This document shows, one piece after another, positions 10,372 to 20,366 of a stretch of 64,000 nucleotides of DNA (position 1 is its first letter; each line of letters begins with the position of its first letter). Made by a program: the position numbers and the translations under genes. Origin of the DNA: an uncultured Pseudomonadales bacterium (lineage in GTDB: Bacteria; Patescibacteriota; Microgenomatia; UBA1400; PJMF01); assembly GCA_964625685.1 (NCBI GenBank), contig CAZVBO010000002.1:55440-119439 (forward strand), in the 5' to 3' direction. The notes under the pieces are model-generated. The model saw nothing but the letters and a program-made list of their open reading frames with translations, searched no databases and was not told the DNA's origin.

Positions 10372-10944
10372 ATGAACAGCATGAAAAGAAACGGTCATAA
10401 AATAATTTTTCACTCTCAAGATATTCCCGATCTTTTAGCGAAGATTGGTCGAGACAATAAAAAAATTGTTTTGACTCAAGGTTCTTTTGACATGATTCAT
10501 ATTGGACATGCTCGCTATCTGGCCGAAGCCAAAAAATATGGTGACATTTTGATTGTAGGTACCGACAGTGACAGTAAAATTCGTAAGCGAAAAGGTTTGG
10601 GTAGACCAATTGTGCCTCAAGAAGAACGATTAGAGATGCTGACCTACTTAAAAAGTGTAGATTATGTAGTTTTAAAACACATTGAAGATCCCAAATGGGG
10701 ATTAATTAAAACTGTTAAACCAGATATTCTGATTATTATTCAAGAAAACTATACCGGTGAGCAAATTCAAGAGTTAGAAAAATATTGTGGTGAAGTCATT
10801 ATTTTACCCAGAATGGCGACCACTTCCACCAGTGCTAAATTGAGAGCAGTTCAGATTGATGCTACCAATAAAATTCAAAAAACTCTTTCCGAGAAATTAC
10901 TCCATGCTTTGGAAGAGACTATTAAAGAAATAAATGGAGAGTAA
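10372..10944 (+). CDS. Cytidylyltransferase-family protein (RfaE domain II / TagD-like)
   Basis: GSFDMIHIGHARYLAEAKKYGDILIVGTDSD matches the FDxxHxGH cytidylyltransferase signature. The start was moved to the ATG at 10372 (or 10381), because the first 29 codons of the track ORF are non-homologous extension. Confidence 0.7.
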   Translation: MNSMKRNGHKIIFHSQDIPDLLAKIGRDNKKIVLTQGSFDMIHIGHARYLAEAKKYGDILIVGTDSDSKIRKRKGLGRPIVPQEERLEMLTYLKSVDYVVLKHIEDPKWGLIKTVKPDILIIIQENYTGEQIQELEKYCGEVIILPRMATTSTSAKLRAVQIDATNKIQKTLSEKLLHALEETIKEINGE

Positions 10945-10952
10945 CTCAAGAT

Positions 10953-11774
10953 ATGAAAGTCATTGTTGCCTATATTCCAGTTTTACATCAAGGGTATATT
11001 GAGTTTTTAGAAAAATATAAAGCCGATCGAGTATACGTATTAGGGAAAAGTATTACTCACCAATTTCGACCACTCCAAAAGGATATTAGGGCACTGTCAC
11101 CGGAAATGATTGTTACTTCTTTGAGAGCCTTAAAGTTAGCCAAGGAAGTTCAAGTTATAGAAGAGGAGGGATTACAGTCTCTAACCGCTAATGAAATCAT
11201 TATGCCTGATGAGGAAATTTGCCGACATTTGGCTGAAAAATATTTGGCGGATAAAAAAATAGTCTTTGATTCTATTTTTCTTCGCTGGGATTCCCAAAAG
11301 TCGCTCAGCCCACAGGAGGTGATGGCTGATAGTAAAGTGACTACTGATGATCTGACTGATAGATTTTTAATAGCAGCCACAGCTGAGGCTCAAAAAAGTG
11401 CAGATTGGTGGAGGCAAATAGGGGCAGTCATTGTCAAAGATGGTCAGATTCTTTTTTCTGGTCATAATCGTCACTTGCCCAGTGAGCAACAACCGTATAT
11501 TGATGGAGATCCTCGAGCTGATTTCCATAAAGGAGAGCATATTGATAAATCAACCGCTCTCCATGCTGAAGCAGGACTAATTGTAGAAGCTGCCAAACAA
11601 GGAGTTTCGCTTACTGGCGCTAGTTTATATGTGACTACCTTTCCTTGTCCTAATTGTGCCAAATTAGTGGCTCATAGTGGTATTAAAGAAGTCTACTTTA
11701 GAGAGGGTTATGCCATGGTTGACGGGGAACGAGTCATGCGGGATCAAGGTGTGAAGATTATTAAGGTAGAATAA
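10953..11774 (+). CDS. dCMP deaminase with a ~130-aa N-terminal extension
   Basis: The C-terminal half carries the zinc motifs HAEAGLI and PCPNCAKLV typical of ComEB/dCMP deaminases. The N-terminal half (MKVIVAYIPVLHQGYIEFL...) is not part of the canonical domain. Confidence 0.8.
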   Translation: MKVIVAYIPVLHQGYIEFLEKYKADRVYVLGKSITHQFRPLQKDIRALSPEMIVTSLRALKLAKEVQVIEEEGLQSLTANEIIMPDEEICRHLAEKYLADKKIVFDSIFLRWDSQKSLSPQEVMADSKVTTDDLTDRFLIAATAEAQKSADWWRQIGAVIVKDGQILFSGHNRHLPSEQQPYIDGDPRADFHKGEHIDKSTALHAEAGLIVEAAKQGVSLTGASLYVTTFPCPNCAKLVAHSGIKEVYFREGYAMVDGERVMRDQGVKIIKVE

Positions 11775-11775
11775 C

Positions 11776-12231
11776 TTACTTTTTATTCTTCCCAATTTTA
11801 ACGCGAGTGGGTTCAAAATCAGGGGCATCAATATCAGGCACGATAAACTGAGCGTGGAGATGGGCCACCGTCCCTGCAGAATAGTCAGTATCACCAAACC
11901 GCATTGCAAATCCACCACCGGGTACATGAAAATGTTTTTCCGCCCAAGCCAAAAATTCGATTAGTTCTTTTCCTGCTTCAGGATTCAGCTCTGTCAGTTT
12001 AGTGGCGTGTTCTTTGTAAATAGCTAATAAATGAAGTTTAGTATGATCATACGGCCACTGATTGTAAGTTAGAATCCAATACTGGCCATCTTTGAGAATC
12101 TCTTGCTTATGATATTTCCAGAGATTCTCTAGACAAAAAGGACAGTGTTCTGCCTGAGCAATATTTTTCATGACCTGTTTTTGATCACCTTTACGGGAAT
12201 TATCAACATCGATAAATTGATTTTTATTCAT
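11776..12231 (-). CDS. HIT-superfamily nucleotide hydrolase/transferase (GalT-branch-like)
   Basis: A CPFC zinc-type motif plus histidine triad variant VAHLHAQFIVP (HxHxQ). The ATG at 12231, 5 nt after the thyA stop, is preferred over the GTG at 12261. Confidence 0.6.
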   Translation of the reverse strand: MNKNQFIDVDNSRKGDQKQVMKNIAQAEHCPFCLENLWKYHKQEILKDGQYWILTYNQWPYDHTKLHLLAIYKEHATKLTELNPEAGKELIEFLAWAEKHFHVPGGGFAMRFGDTDYSAGTVAHLHAQFIVPDIDAPDFEPTRVKIGKNKK

Positions 12232-12236
12232 AGGGT

Positions 12237-13109
12237 TTAGACTGCGACCGGAATATCCCACATACCAGGGTGAGGATTGTAGTCATAGACCTCAAAATCA
12301 TCTGGTCGGTAAGAGAATAGATCTTTCTTCTTATTAACAATTTTCATTTTTGGCAGTGGCCGAGTTTCCCGACTCAGTAATTCTTTGACTTTATCCAACT
12401 GATCCACATAAATATGAGCATCAGAAAAGCTGTGGATATATTCACCGACTTCATAACCCGTAACTTCTGCTAATGCCAAAGTTAGAGCGGAGTATTGAGC
12501 CAAGTTGGCCGGCAATCCGATAGGAATATCACAGGATCGCTGAAACATGTGTAAATAGAGTTTATTATTCAAAATTCGGATATTAATCCAACCATGACAA
12601 GGACAAACCACTACTTTTTGGGTTCTCCCTTTAATTCTCACATTATATTGAGGGATCCATGGTGAAATAAAGTGAGTTTTCAAAAAAGGGCGCTCTTTAA
12701 TTTGTTGCACAATAGCCTCAAATTGGTTAAAAGTTTCACCTTCGGCGGTAGGAAAGTCGTGGAAGGCTGCTCCATAAGAACCAGGTCCTAAATCTCCTGT
12801 CTCCAAGCCACGTTTTTTACATTTTTTTTCAGTAACCCATGATTTCCACCAAGTGCAGCCAAAAGTTTCGAGTTCAGCTTGAGTTCGAGCTCCATTGATA
12901 AAGCCAAACAGTTCTCCGATGGCTCCTTTCCACATTTTTTCACTAATTTTTCGCTCAGTAATCACTGGGACTTCTTTTGACAGATCAAAACGTAAAGTCA
13001 TGGGGGAGAGTAAAGTGATGGTATCTACTTCCATTTGAGATTCACTGCGGATGCCTTGTTCCATGACTAATTTGAGAAGTTGTTGGTATTGGGAGAGTGG
13101 TTGTGACAT
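12237..13109 (-). CDS. thyA: Thymidylate synthase (ThyA type)
   Basis: Catalytic Cys region VVVCPCHGW and FQRSCDIPIGLPANLAQYSALTLALA, corresponding to the conserved QRSxDxxLGxPFNIAxY block. Confidence 0.9.
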   Translation of the reverse strand: MSQPLSQYQQLLKLVMEQGIRSESQMEVDTITLLSPMTLRFDLSKEVPVITERKISEKMWKGAIGELFGFINGARTQAELETFGCTWWKSWVTEKKCKKRGLETGDLGPGSYGAAFHDFPTAEGETFNQFEAIVQQIKERPFLKTHFISPWIPQYNVRIKGRTQKVVVCPCHGWINIRILNNKLYLHMFQRSCDIPIGLPANLAQYSALTLALAEVTGYEVGEYIHSFSDAHIYVDQLDKVKELLSRETRPLPKMKIVNKKKDLFSYRPDDFEVYDYNPHPGMWDIPVAV

Positions 13110-13142
13110 ACAGTTTCCACTATAGAGGATTTTATTTTTTTA

Positions 13143-15179
13143 TCAATTATTGGCTGCCTTCCATGCCCGCCATTTATTGCCGATAAGCGCTCTTAGATAC
13201 CACCAACCTTGACGAGGATGTTCCAGACAATAGGTGACTTGATCTTTACAGTTGGGTGCAAAATAAATTTTCAATTCTTGGTGAAAGGCATCTTGAGTTA
13301 CTTTCGCTGTCGTAGCCAGTGGTTCCTGATTGTAGAAATCTAAGAAGACCATCCCATTTCGACCGTGTTGTTTTTGACTCGACATACTCTCGACTTCGGG
13401 ATTGGTTTCCAGTTGGGGATAACTAGAAATTTGAACCGGGTATTGATATTTATCTCGAGGGTAGTAAACGAGCCGAACTGGATTTTGCCCCGCAATGGCA
13501 TATCGATTATTAATATAGATGGAACTCTGATCAGCATCGACTGGAGTGTTTTTCAATTCAGGGAAAAGGAGTGGGTACTTTTGAGTACGTTCAGTTGCAA
13601 GATCAATCTGGTCATGAATTTTGAGCTGATAGCCAGTCAATGATTCTTTTTTATCAGTTTCTACCAGTTCCCAAGCAGTTTGACCGTCTGCTGATTTCCA
13701 AGAAAATTGTTGAATAGTAGATGCTAAAATGGAATTGGTGAGTTCTGGCTTTTCTACATCCATAAAAATTTGATTTGGTTGAAAAATAATGACTGGTTGG
13801 TTATCTGAGGTTAGCCAGACTTCTGATCCATGTTGACTCATTTCCATGTTGCCCGTTTGATGTGAGTTGAGTAACCACCGGGTGGGGGAGAGATCATCAG
13901 GTTTACGATCCAACAGTGTATCGTTAGCCAAGGTATCAAAATTGAAAGAATCATCGTGATAAAAATAGCGAGAGCCGTCAACTAAAAAAGGAGCGACCCA
14001 CCAACCAAAAGAAGTAGCTTTGGTATCTTGGTATGGGTCGCTAAAGGTTGCGTCATACAAGCGAAAGTCAGAAATATACAACTGATCTTTACTGAGTCTG
14101 ACTCTGGCTCGATACTTAGGAGTAGTAATCCACCACGCTTTTTCAATACCTTCTTCGCCAAATTGACCCGCATAAACTTGAATAGGAGGCTGAGTTTGTT
14201 GGGTCAACCACTGATGGAACTGGTTTGCAGTGATTACTTGGTTTTGAAAGGAATCTTTGGTCCAGTCTTTAACAATATCCAACTGGTTAAAAAATTCAGT
14301 TTGGACTTCAGCTGGCATAGAATTTTCCAAACCAATTAAAGCAAAAGTATAATTGTTAGTGGGTTGATTGTGGGCTTGTTTGAGGAGTTTGGTAAAGTAA
14401 TCGATGGTCACTTTTCGTTGACCATAATCATTGGGTTGAGAAGTATAGGAATTAGTCGGATCACCATAATTCATCACTGGATCAGTAATGGTCTGTCTAA
14501 TAATAAGAGGTAGATTATTTTTTTCAGCACTAGGAATGAGTGGCCAGTTGGGGCTTGGCCAATAAGGATAATGGGGTGGTCCGCCATACAGAGAATAGGA
14601 ATCTGTACCCATTTGTTCGCGGGTAAGCTGATGAACTTTTACTCCATATTTTTCGGCGAGATATTGTAAAGACCAACTATCAATCATCCAAGCAGTAGTA
14701 GTGGTTGGGTATTGACCAAAATCACTCTTGAATTGAGCCATATAGGTGTCCAGCAGTTTTTGTCGATCAGTTTGATCATAGCCTATCAAGAATGCATGTT
14801 GAGCTTCGTACCAATTAGTTTCATTCCCATCATAAGCAACTTGACTTTCTTGGGCTAAAGAGGGCGTAATTTCCAAAAATCCACCCACTTCAAATTGGAT
14901 AGAATCTAGTTCTTTTAATTGATTTACAAAGTCTGGATTTTTGAGGGCGTCGTACCGAATGGTAAAGGTTGCTGCAAATTCAAGGGCTTTGAGTTTTTCA
15001 ATTTGCTGGTACAGTGATTCAGCGCTGCCCACATCACAGCACTCGGTACCGCGAACTTGGTTAACGATAAGGGTATAGTGAGGGGGCTCTGTTTGAGCAT
15101 CAGCACGGATAGAGCTATTAGAAAATAAACTTCCTATAAAGATAATGAAAGCTAGAAAAACAATAAATTTTTTTAACAT
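13143..15179 (-). CDS. Large secreted hypothetical protein (678 aa)
   Basis: N-terminal signal peptide (MLKKFIVFLAFIIFIGSLFSNSSIRADA). W/Y/P-rich globular body. No motif I can name. Confidence 0.55.
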   Translation of the reverse strand: MLKKFIVFLAFIIFIGSLFSNSSIRADAQTEPPHYTLIVNQVRGTECCDVGSAESLYQQIEKLKALEFAATFTIRYDALKNPDFVNQLKELDSIQFEVGGFLEITPSLAQESQVAYDGNETNWYEAQHAFLIGYDQTDRQKLLDTYMAQFKSDFGQYPTTTTAWMIDSWSLQYLAEKYGVKVHQLTREQMGTDSYSLYGGPPHYPYWPSPNWPLIPSAEKNNLPLIIRQTITDPVMNYGDPTNSYTSQPNDYGQRKVTIDYFTKLLKQAHNQPTNNYTFALIGLENSMPAEVQTEFFNQLDIVKDWTKDSFQNQVITANQFHQWLTQQTQPPIQVYAGQFGEEGIEKAWWITTPKYRARVRLSKDQLYISDFRLYDATFSDPYQDTKATSFGWWVAPFLVDGSRYFYHDDSFNFDTLANDTLLDRKPDDLSPTRWLLNSHQTGNMEMSQHGSEVWLTSDNQPVIIFQPNQIFMDVEKPELTNSILASTIQQFSWKSADGQTAWELVETDKKESLTGYQLKIHDQIDLATERTQKYPLLFPELKNTPVDADQSSIYINNRYAIAGQNPVRLVYYPRDKYQYPVQISSYPQLETNPEVESMSSQKQHGRNGMVFLDFYNQEPLATTAKVTQDAFHQELKIYFAPNCKDQVTYCLEHPRQGWWYLRALIGNKWRAWKAANN

Positions 15180-15260
15180 GAACTTGATCAGCAGAATAAC
15201 AAATCAGAAGAGATTTGGCTAGCTTGGAATAAGAGCATATATGCTACACTAGCCAGAGTT

Positions 15261-15695
15261 ATGAAAGTTCTGATTAAGCGTTTTGACAAATCATTACCAT
15301 TGCCTGAATACAAATCTGCTGGTGCCGCTGCTATCGATCTATATGCTCGGGAAAATACGGTCATTAAACCCGGTTTGGTGGGGTATGTGCCGTTGAATAT
15401 CGCCCTACAAATTCCGGAAGGGCACTGGGTATTATTATCAGCTCGGAGCTCATTACATAAACGTGGGGTAATTCCCGCCAATGGCATTGGCGTAGGTGAT
15501 TATGATTACCGAGGTAATAATGATGAATATAAAGCAGCTTTGCTTAATTTTAGTCAAGAGAATGTTACAATTGAACGTGGCGAGAGAATTGTGCAGATGA
15601 TGGTTCTACCTCGAGAAAAAGTTGAATTTACGGAAGCTGTTCAATTTGAAGAAGCAGATCGAGGTGGGTTTGGTAGTACGGGGAGAAAAATATGA
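15261..15695 (+). CDS. dut: dUTP diphosphatase
   Basis: The five dUTPase motifs are recognisable: GAAAIDLYA, ARSSL, GVGDYDYRG, ERIVQMMV and a C-terminal RGGFGSTG. Confidence 0.85.
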   Translation: MKVLIKRFDKSLPLPEYKSAGAAAIDLYARENTVIKPGLVGYVPLNIALQIPEGHWVLLSARSSLHKRGVIPANGIGVGDYDYRGNNDEYKAALLNFSQENVTIERGERIVQMMVLPREKVEFTEAVQFEEADRGGFGSTGRKI

Positions 15696-16303
15696 AAGTT
15701 TTACTTATTGCAGTTACTTCGATTGATGGCTTCATTGCTCAAGATCCTAACGTGGCTTCTACCAGTTGGACGAGCCCTGAAGATACTCAATGGTTTAATG
15801 AGCGAACTAAGCAAGCCCGTTTAGTAGTGATGGGTCGAAAGAGTTTCGCTACCGTACCAGAAAAATATCGACCTTTGTCTCATCGGGTAAATATTATTTA
15901 TTCTTCCAATAAAACAGAGGTAGAGCAGATGGTGAGAGAACCAGTACTTGAACTGACTGAAGATATGGCTCCTCAGCAATTTAAACAACTAATTGACCAA
16001 AGTGAAAATAATAAACCAGTCTTTGTAACCAGTTTAGAACCCCAACAACTGGTAAAGTTAGCAGCCGCTGCCGGCTTCGCTGAATTAGCACTGTGTGGGG
16101 GATCAAGTCTTTATAGTTTATTTATGAATGCGGGAGTAGTAGATACCCTCTTGGTGACGATTGAACCACACGTTTTTGGCAACGGAGTCAAATTATTTAG
16201 TGAAATGATTCAGCCCCTCAATGACAACTGGCAGCTCAAAAAAGTTCATCATTTGTCTGATCAGACAATTTTGTTGGAGTACACGAGAATGATTAATGAT
16301 TAA
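15692..16303 (+). CDS. Dihydrofolate-reductase-like protein (RibD_C/DHFR fold)
   Basis: IAVTSIDGFIA, VVMGRKSF and CGGSSLY...LLVTIEPHVFGNGVKLF resemble the DHFR/RibD C-terminal fold. ATGA-coupled to dut and close to thyA. Confidence 0.6.
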   Translation: MKVLLIAVTSIDGFIAQDPNVASTSWTSPEDTQWFNERTKQARLVVMGRKSFATVPEKYRPLSHRVNIIYSSNKTEVEQMVREPVLELTEDMAPQQFKQLIDQSENNKPVFVTSLEPQQLVKLAAAAGFAELALCGGSSLYSLFMNAGVVDTLLVTIEPHVFGNGVKLFSEMIQPLNDNWQLKKVHHLSDQTILLEYTRMIND

Positions 16304-16342
16304 TGTCTACTGTTTAGGAAAAAAATTCAGGTCTCAAATTTC

Positions 16343-16421
16343 ACCTGCCCGCAATGCTTTCAGCACCTGCCAGCAAATGCTGAGCATTAGACTCTGCAGG
16401 CTGGTAGCTGAAGCAGGCGGG
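16343..16421. repeat. Long imperfect palindrome (REP-like hairpin) between the convergent DHFR-like and purA genes
   Basis: The left arm cctgcccgc..gctttcagc..acctgccagc..aaatgc mirrors the right arm gcatt..gcaggctggt..gctgaagc..aggcggg. It shares the CCTGCC.GC/GCAGGC core with the palindrome at 37593. Confidence 0.6.
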
Positions 16422-16601
16422 AATTACAAATAAATTCCAAGTTCCAAAATCCAGCCACTTGTAACTAGTCACGAGTAACTTTTTTCTTTACTTTCTGGTC
16501 TTTCAACTTTACTTTTATCTTTCCTCACCCTGGATCCTGAGTCTAACTCAGGATGACAATAAAGAAGTTTTTGGCTTCAAGCTTTTGGCTTTTCACTTCT
16601 C

Positions 16602-18056
16602 TTAAAACCACATCACGCTTTGATCCCGTTTCGGGCCCGTAGTCGCCATTAAAATTTTGACATTCAAACATTGTTGTAAGAATGCCAGATATTGTTGGGC
16701 TTCTTTTGGTAAATCTTTGGGTTTTGTAATGCCGGTAAGACTGGCACCATCCCAACTTGGTAATTCTAACCAAATGGGTTTCACATTATTTAAGAAGAGT
16801 TGATCAGGTTGATAACCCACTTCTTTACCATTTTTTTGATACCCAATACAGATTTTAATCGGTACATCAGGATAACTAATATCAAGATGGGTGACAACTA
16901 AATACTCAATTCGACCAATTTTCATTAAATATGACAACATGGGGATATCGACATGAATGATATCGCGAGGTCGCCCGGTGGTGGTGCCGTATTCATGAGC
17001 ATCATCTCGAATACGTTGTGCTAATTTACCCTTCATCTCACTGGGCAGCTTACGTGCTCCCACACTAGAATTATAAGTAGCTTTAGTGACAGCAGCTTTG
17101 AGGGAAATTAACTCAGGATCAATTATTCCTTGTGTTGAGGAAAAAATACCAGCCAACGTACAGTCGGAAGCAGTCACATCAGGATAGACCCCCCAGCGAA
17201 TATCCAATCCCATCGCTTGAGCCTTTTCAAACACAATCGGTGTATCTTTTTCCCAAGTTTTGTGAAGAAGTTCAGAGACAGGCTGAATAAATGGTTTCAA
17301 AACTTGACGAGCTTTTTCTAAACGATTAAGAAAGGTTTGTGGGGTGCCTACTTTGACCACACTGCCATCAATCCGAGCCACTTCAATTGTTTTGAGGTCT
17401 CCGCCCAAACCCTTAATCAAATCTCGATAGAGCAGATAGTGTTGGGTAAAAACTTCTTTCCAATTTGATTTTACAAAATCTCTCATTCGGAGAGGATGAC
17501 GGTAGGTAACATCGGCATAGGCCGGAGCGATCCCGCGTCCGGTGGAACCTTTAGAACCACTGGCCCGGGTTTTGAGGGCATTTTCATATGCTCGGTGAGT
17601 ATCTAGTGATAGTACCGCTAGTTCATCAATGATCAATTCAGCCGGAATTTTACCTTGGCAAGCTTGCTTGACGGACTCTAATTCGGTTACAAAATCTTCC
17701 GGATGTAGCACCATTTCTTTTCCAGAAATAACGGTACAACCCTTTTGAAGAATGCCAGCCCCAATTTGGTGAAGAGCGATTTTGGTGTCACCGACGGCTA
17801 CAGTGTGTCCTGCATTCGCTCCACCATTATCCCGATAATGAATCACTTTTTTTGATTTTGCTAAAAAAAGTGAAGTCAGTTCATCGGTAATACGGCCTTT
17901 GCCTTCATCTCCCAAAAATCCACCGACGACCGCAGCCGAATTCGGTCTCATTCCGGGTACTCGTAGGGGATTGGGTTTCAATTTTTGGGTAATGTTATCC
18001 AGCTCGCCTTTTTTATAGACTTGCTGGTAAATTTTTTTGACTTGGCTACTGGTCAT
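16602..18056 (-). CDS. purA: Adenylosuccinate synthetase
   Basis: P-loop GGFLGDEGKGRITD (GDEGKGK signature), GTTTGRPR and overall length. Confidence 0.9.
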   Translation of the reverse strand: MTSSQVKKIYQQVYKKGELDNITQKLKPNPLRVPGMRPNSAAVVGGFLGDEGKGRITDELTSLFLAKSKKVIHYRDNGGANAGHTVAVGDTKIALHQIGAGILQKGCTVISGKEMVLHPEDFVTELESVKQACQGKIPAELIIDELAVLSLDTHRAYENALKTRASGSKGSTGRGIAPAYADVTYRHPLRMRDFVKSNWKEVFTQHYLLYRDLIKGLGGDLKTIEVARIDGSVVKVGTPQTFLNRLEKARQVLKPFIQPVSELLHKTWEKDTPIVFEKAQAMGLDIRWGVYPDVTASDCTLAGIFSSTQGIIDPELISLKAAVTKATYNSSVGARKLPSEMKGKLAQRIRDDAHEYGTTTGRPRDIIHVDIPMLSYLMKIGRIEYLVVTHLDISYPDVPIKICIGYQKNGKEVGYQPDQLFLNNVKPIWLELPSWDGASLTGITKPKDLPKEAQQYLAFLQQCLNVKILMATTGPKRDQSVMWF

Positions 18057-19426
18057 GATGCCTTTCGTTGAAGGTACTTGCTAAGTTGACGATGTGCTTT
18101 TTGGGCAATTTGGACACTCAGCCCAAGATATTTTTGAGGAGTAAGTTCACTTAGGTAAGTTCCCAGTTTTTGGGTGGTTTTTTGCCAATCAGCTTGACTA
18201 AATTCTTTACCCTTCAGCAGTGACATGGCGGTCTCATAGGCATGGGTATTTCCACTCGTTCGACCACTTACGTTTAACGCTTCAGCCAAAATATTCCAGT
18301 TAGCATTGAGATCAGCCGTCATTTGAGTGGTATTGACGGTAATCTGCTGAATACCACTGATGAGATTCTGATAGGCCAACAGAGAATGACCAAAAGCCAC
18401 ACCGATATTTCGGAGAACGGTACTATCAGATAAATCCCTTTGGAGTCGACTGATCGGAAGTTTCCGACTAAAACCTTCAAATAAGCTATTGGCTACTCCC
18501 AGGTTACCTTCACTATTTTCAAACTGAATGGGATTAATTTTTTGAGGCATAGTTGAAGAACCAACTTGACCCTTGGCATGATGTTGGACCAACCAGCCAT
18601 CACTAATATAACGCCACATATCCTGATTAAAATCAATCAAAATGGAGTTGAGTAAGTGATACTGTTGAAAGAGTTCGATCAAATCGTCAGCTGGATTAAT
18701 TTGAGTAGTAAAGTTGTTAGGAGTTAAACCCAGTGATTTGACAAATTTTCCTGAAAGAGTGAGCCAGTTAAGGTCAGGTTGAACAAAATAAAAAGAATTA
18801 AAACTCCCTATTGCACCACTCAGTTTTCCGGTTAGTTGGCAAGATTCCAGTTGTTGAATCTGATGTAAAAGACGCATCGCAAACACAGCCATTTCTTTGC
18901 CAAAAGTAGTGGGCACTGCACCCTGGCCGTGGGTTCGAGCCAGCATGGGTTGTTTTTGATATTTTTCAATCAAAGCAGCCAGCTCGATGAGTATTTTCTT
19001 GAGTTGGGGAAGTAATACTTGAGATTGGGAATCAATAATTTGTAATCTCCAGGCTAAATTGTTGATGTCTTCAGAAGTCAAACAATAGTGAAGATAAGGG
19101 ATCAGGTCTTTGAGTGAAGTTGTCTCAAATTGCTCTTTTAAAAAATATTCAATGGCCTTAATGTCATGATGAGTGGTTTGCTCGATGGTTTTAATGCGTT
19201 GAATTTGGTCCGGCTTAAGGGGAATGAGGTGGCGACATAATTTTTTTTCGGCAGGAGTGAGAGAACGGATAATTTTTTGTTCGCTTAGGAAAATAAAATA
19301 CCGGATTTCAATTTCACATCTTTTGTTAATGATGGCAGCTTCGCTAAAAAAAGAAGATAAACTTTGAGTTGCCGTATGATAACGACCATCAAGGGGAGAG
19401 AGTGCAGTTAGACTCATATCATCCAT
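18053..19426 (-). CDS. purB: Adenylosuccinate lyase
   Basis: N-terminus MDDMSLTALSPLDGRY, fumarate-lyase signature GSSTMPQKINP, and ATGA overlap with purA. The start is at 19426 or 19417, not the track start 19468. Confidence 0.9.
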   Translation of the reverse strand: MDDMSLTALSPLDGRYHTATQSLSSFFSEAAIINKRCEIEIRYFIFLSEQKIIRSLTPAEKKLCRHLIPLKPDQIQRIKTIEQTTHHDIKAIEYFLKEQFETTSLKDLIPYLHYCLTSEDINNLAWRLQIIDSQSQVLLPQLKKILIELAALIEKYQKQPMLARTHGQGAVPTTFGKEMAVFAMRLLHQIQQLESCQLTGKLSGAIGSFNSFYFVQPDLNWLTLSGKFVKSLGLTPNNFTTQINPADDLIELFQQYHLLNSILIDFNQDMWRYISDGWLVQHHAKGQVGSSTMPQKINPIQFENSEGNLGVANSLFEGFSRKLPISRLQRDLSDSTVLRNIGVAFGHSLLAYQNLISGIQQITVNTTQMTADLNANWNILAEALNVSGRTSGNTHAYETAMSLLKGKEFSQADWQKTTQKLGTYLSELTPQKYLGLSVQIAQKAHRQLSKYLQRKAS

Positions 19427-19538
19427 CAATCTATTTATAGCATAAAATAGAGGAACACAAGGAGCCAATTTGTTAGCTTCGTATTTTATTCGTATTGATT
19501 GTAAGAGTTTTCAGGCATAAAGTAATCAAGTTTTACTT

Positions 19539-20306
19539 ATGACTGAATTAGATACTCGTACCATCTTTAGTCTTCCGTATATTTATCGGGTTTATGGAGA
19601 CTTTTTACAAAAAAGGCCATTATTGTTGTGGAATAATACACAGCCAAGCCGTGTTACCAGAATGATGCTCAATGAAGTAGGAGAATTGAATGGTGGAGAG
19701 AATACTGGCTTTTTTAGTCATCCTGAGAATAGAGAAGACTATCGTCAACAAGAAGTTTCGGATATTTTTATTTTAGCCTTTTCCATTTTTTTAGCTATGC
19801 GAGTGGAAGAGGATGAGTTGCCGGTAACTCGGATTATGGCTCAAGTCGCTTTTTTTGCAAAAGAATATCGGGTTAGTTTGGTCGATGTAGAACAATCTTT
19901 TACTGTGCCAGCTCCTTTTAATGATAATCAAGATGAAGTATTTCACCGACTCCAAAAACATATTAATGAGCTGGCATCGCCGTTAATAGAGTCAGGTAAT
20001 CTCAAATCAGAGTTTACTCTTAAGAATCTTGAGCAGGATGTCCTATTCTCTCATCTAGAAAAGATTATGGCATTATGTGTGGTGCTTCATGCCTCTATGG
20101 GGTTGCACTTTTCTCGAGCTATTTATGAAAAAATTATCCGGAATATTTTGAAGTATGATCCGAGAGATTTAGAACTTCCAGTTGATTTTGAACAAATGAG
20201 TCCGGAAAGACAGGAAGAAATATTCCAACAAACAATGACAAAGATTAGGCAAAAATGGACCGAAGATGACAATGAACAATTTTATCGGCAATATCAAGTA
20301 ACTTAG
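19539..20306 (+). CDS. Hypothetical protein, possibly a MazG-like all-alpha NTP pyrophosphohydrolase
   Basis: Paired acidic motifs LNEVGEL ... QEVSDIFILAFSI resemble the ExxE...ExxD metal sites of MazG/dCTPase-type enzymes. This is a weak, motif-only call. Confidence 0.4.
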   Translation: MTELDTRTIFSLPYIYRVYGDFLQKRPLLLWNNTQPSRVTRMMLNEVGELNGGENTGFFSHPENREDYRQQEVSDIFILAFSIFLAMRVEEDELPVTRIMAQVAFFAKEYRVSLVDVEQSFTVPAPFNDNQDEVFHRLQKHINELASPLIESGNLKSEFTLKNLEQDVLFSHLEKIMALCVVLHASMGLHFSRAIYEKIIRNILKYDPRDLELPVDFEQMSPERQEEIFQQTMTKIRQKWTEDDNEQFYRQYQVT

Positions 20307-20366
20307 TTCACATTTACAATTGTTCAAAAAATCAATATGATGGATAGCGATACGTAGAAAGGGAAT

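Noticed and set aside
10238-10620. Minus-strand ORFs 10238..10609 and 10435..10620, and the first 29 codons of plus ORF 10285..10944
   Set aside because: The plus strand carries an unmistakable FDxxHxGH cytidylyltransferase domain. The minus-strand ORFs have no motifs, and the N-terminal extension is unlike the family.
15188-15487. Minus-strand ORF overlapping the dut start
   Set aside because: All five dUTPase motifs are on the plus strand, so this antisense ORF is a shadow.
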